NCBI GenBank assembly: GCA_965219345.1
Contig: OZ244732.1
Span: 384,001 to 448,000, forward strand
DNA: 64,000 nt
Source of the DNA: Nitrosopumilus sp.
Lineage (GTDB): Archaea > Thermoproteota > Nitrososphaeria > Nitrososphaerales > Nitrosopumilaceae
Direction of reading: 5' to 3'
Numbering within the stretch: position 1 is the stretch's first letter; each line of letters opens with the position of its first letter. A program made the translations under genes and the position numbers. The notes under the pieces were generated by a model. The model saw only the letters and a program-made list of their open reading frames with translations, was not told the origin of the DNA and ran no database searches. Below are positions 63,052 to 64,000 of the stretch, piece by piece.

Positions 63052-63111
63052 GCAGGCTCAGAACTCAAGATCCTCATCATCACTCAAAGGGATAGGTTCA
63101 TCACCGCCCGC
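63052..63111 (-). ncRNA. Box C/D guide sRNA
   Basis: GCGGGC-G-GTGATGA(C)-ACCTATCCCT-TTGA(D')-GTGA-TGATGA(C')-GGATCTTGAGTT-CTGA(D)-GCCTGC; terminal stem GCGGGC/GCCUGC. Confidence 0.8.
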
Positions 63112-63186
63112 AAGTAATATTTCAGGCAGATTCCTATTGAGTCTTTCAAGAAGCTTGATAAATGGCTAATAGATCAATCATTCAAA

Positions 63187-63603
63187 ATGGTTGCAATTAA
63201 TACACCAGCTTCAGTGGAAAGTTTTCGAAGATTTATCTTTTCAAGTACATGCAAATCTTATGCACCAAGAAGTTATTTGGAAGATTTTGAGGTATTTCCT
63301 GAAAGAGAGGATAATTTGGGAGCAGTTTACGTAGAAGCAGCTGATAAAGTAACTTTGAAAAAAATTAGAGACATTACTTTTGTAAATGCAAGAGATATTC
63401 TTGGAATTATTTATAATTCAAAAAGTGGAAACACATCCCTGAAATGGCGTCAGATTAGAAGAAACAATGGAAAAGTTTCAGGAGAAGCTTCTTCAAATTC
63501 TCTTACAAATCTAGCAGAATCAGGTGTACTTACTTTAGATTGGGTTGAAAACTATCTGAAGAAAAAATCTGAGGAAGTAGAGACTAACGAAGCTACAAGA
63601 TAA
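63187..63603 (+). CDS. Hypothetical protein
   Basis: 138 aa ATG ORF with core-like codon use. Confidence 0.75.
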   Translation: MVAINTPASVESFRRFIFSSTCKSYAPRSYLEDFEVFPEREDNLGAVYVEAADKVTLKKIRDITFVNARDILGIIYNSKSGNTSLKWRQIRRNNGKVSGEASSNSLTNLAESGVLTLDWVENYLKKKSEEVETNEATR

Positions 63604-63635
63604 ACTCTTTTCTTTTTGTATATTAGGACAATATC

Positions 63636-64000
63636 ATGATTACAAAGATTATTGATGAAAATTCAATTTCTGTCATGCCAGAAGATTCCGATGATCTTTT
63701 GAATCTACGTCGTATAATTAAAGAAGATGACAAAGTAATTGGAGATACAACAAGAGTTCAAAAACAAGACAAAGATTATTCAAGACCCGACAAAGGAGAA
63801 AGAATTAAAGTTAGAATTGCATTAACAGTAGGAAAAATTTCACTTGATGATGTCTTAGATAGATTAAGAATTGGTGGAACTATTTCTGAATCAAGTAATG
63901 AATCAGTACCACATGGCTCACACCATTCGTTTATTCTAAAAATTAACGATGGAATAACAATTTCAAAGAAAAAATGGTTACCGGTTGAAAAAAATCTTCT
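63636..64000 (+). CDS. pelA: mRNA surveillance protein Pelota (runs off window edge; not in ORF track)
   Basis: MITKIIDENSISVMPEDSDDLLNLRRII…GDTTR…DRLRIGGTI…GSHHS. Confidence 0.85.
   Translation, partial: MITKIIDENSISVMPEDSDDLLNLRRIIKEDDKVIGDTTRVQKQDKDYSRPDKGERIKVRIALTVGKISLDDVLDRLRIGGTISESSNESVPHGSHHSFILKINDGITISKKKWLPVEKNL

Overview
AT-rich archaeal window whose core genes point to Nitrosopumilaceae (Thaumarchaeota): split coxB/coxA with a blue-copper protein, npdG, mtnA, aglB, tetraether synthase tes and pelota. The many IS relics and pseudogenes suggest a host-associated lineage (inference). Four blocks: (1) 1-23.1 kb, an accessory island ending at the 3' end of tRNA-Lys(CTT), with two ParB-like genes, an RHH protein, a beta-class DNA methyltransferase, a Zn-ribbon/GHKL ATPase operon, an orphan Mre11-Rad50 pair, a PD-(D/E)XK nuclease, a Mug/NDT/SocA-like trio, secreted proteins, an IS6-bounded composite unit and an IS5 relic; (2) 23.3-35 kb, mostly core genes plus tRNA-Arg(TCG); (3) 35-59 kb, a mosaic, partly decayed surface-glycan locus ending at aglB; (4) 59-64 kb, core genes plus a box C/D guide RNA. 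The most unusual signal is four unrelated loci (20166, 42365, 45362, 47953) where 28-36 bp of resident sequence is duplicated around a unique 38-40 bp insert. This is the geometry of single CRISPR spacer-acquisition events outside any array. All calls come from reading motifs by eye; no database searches were run.
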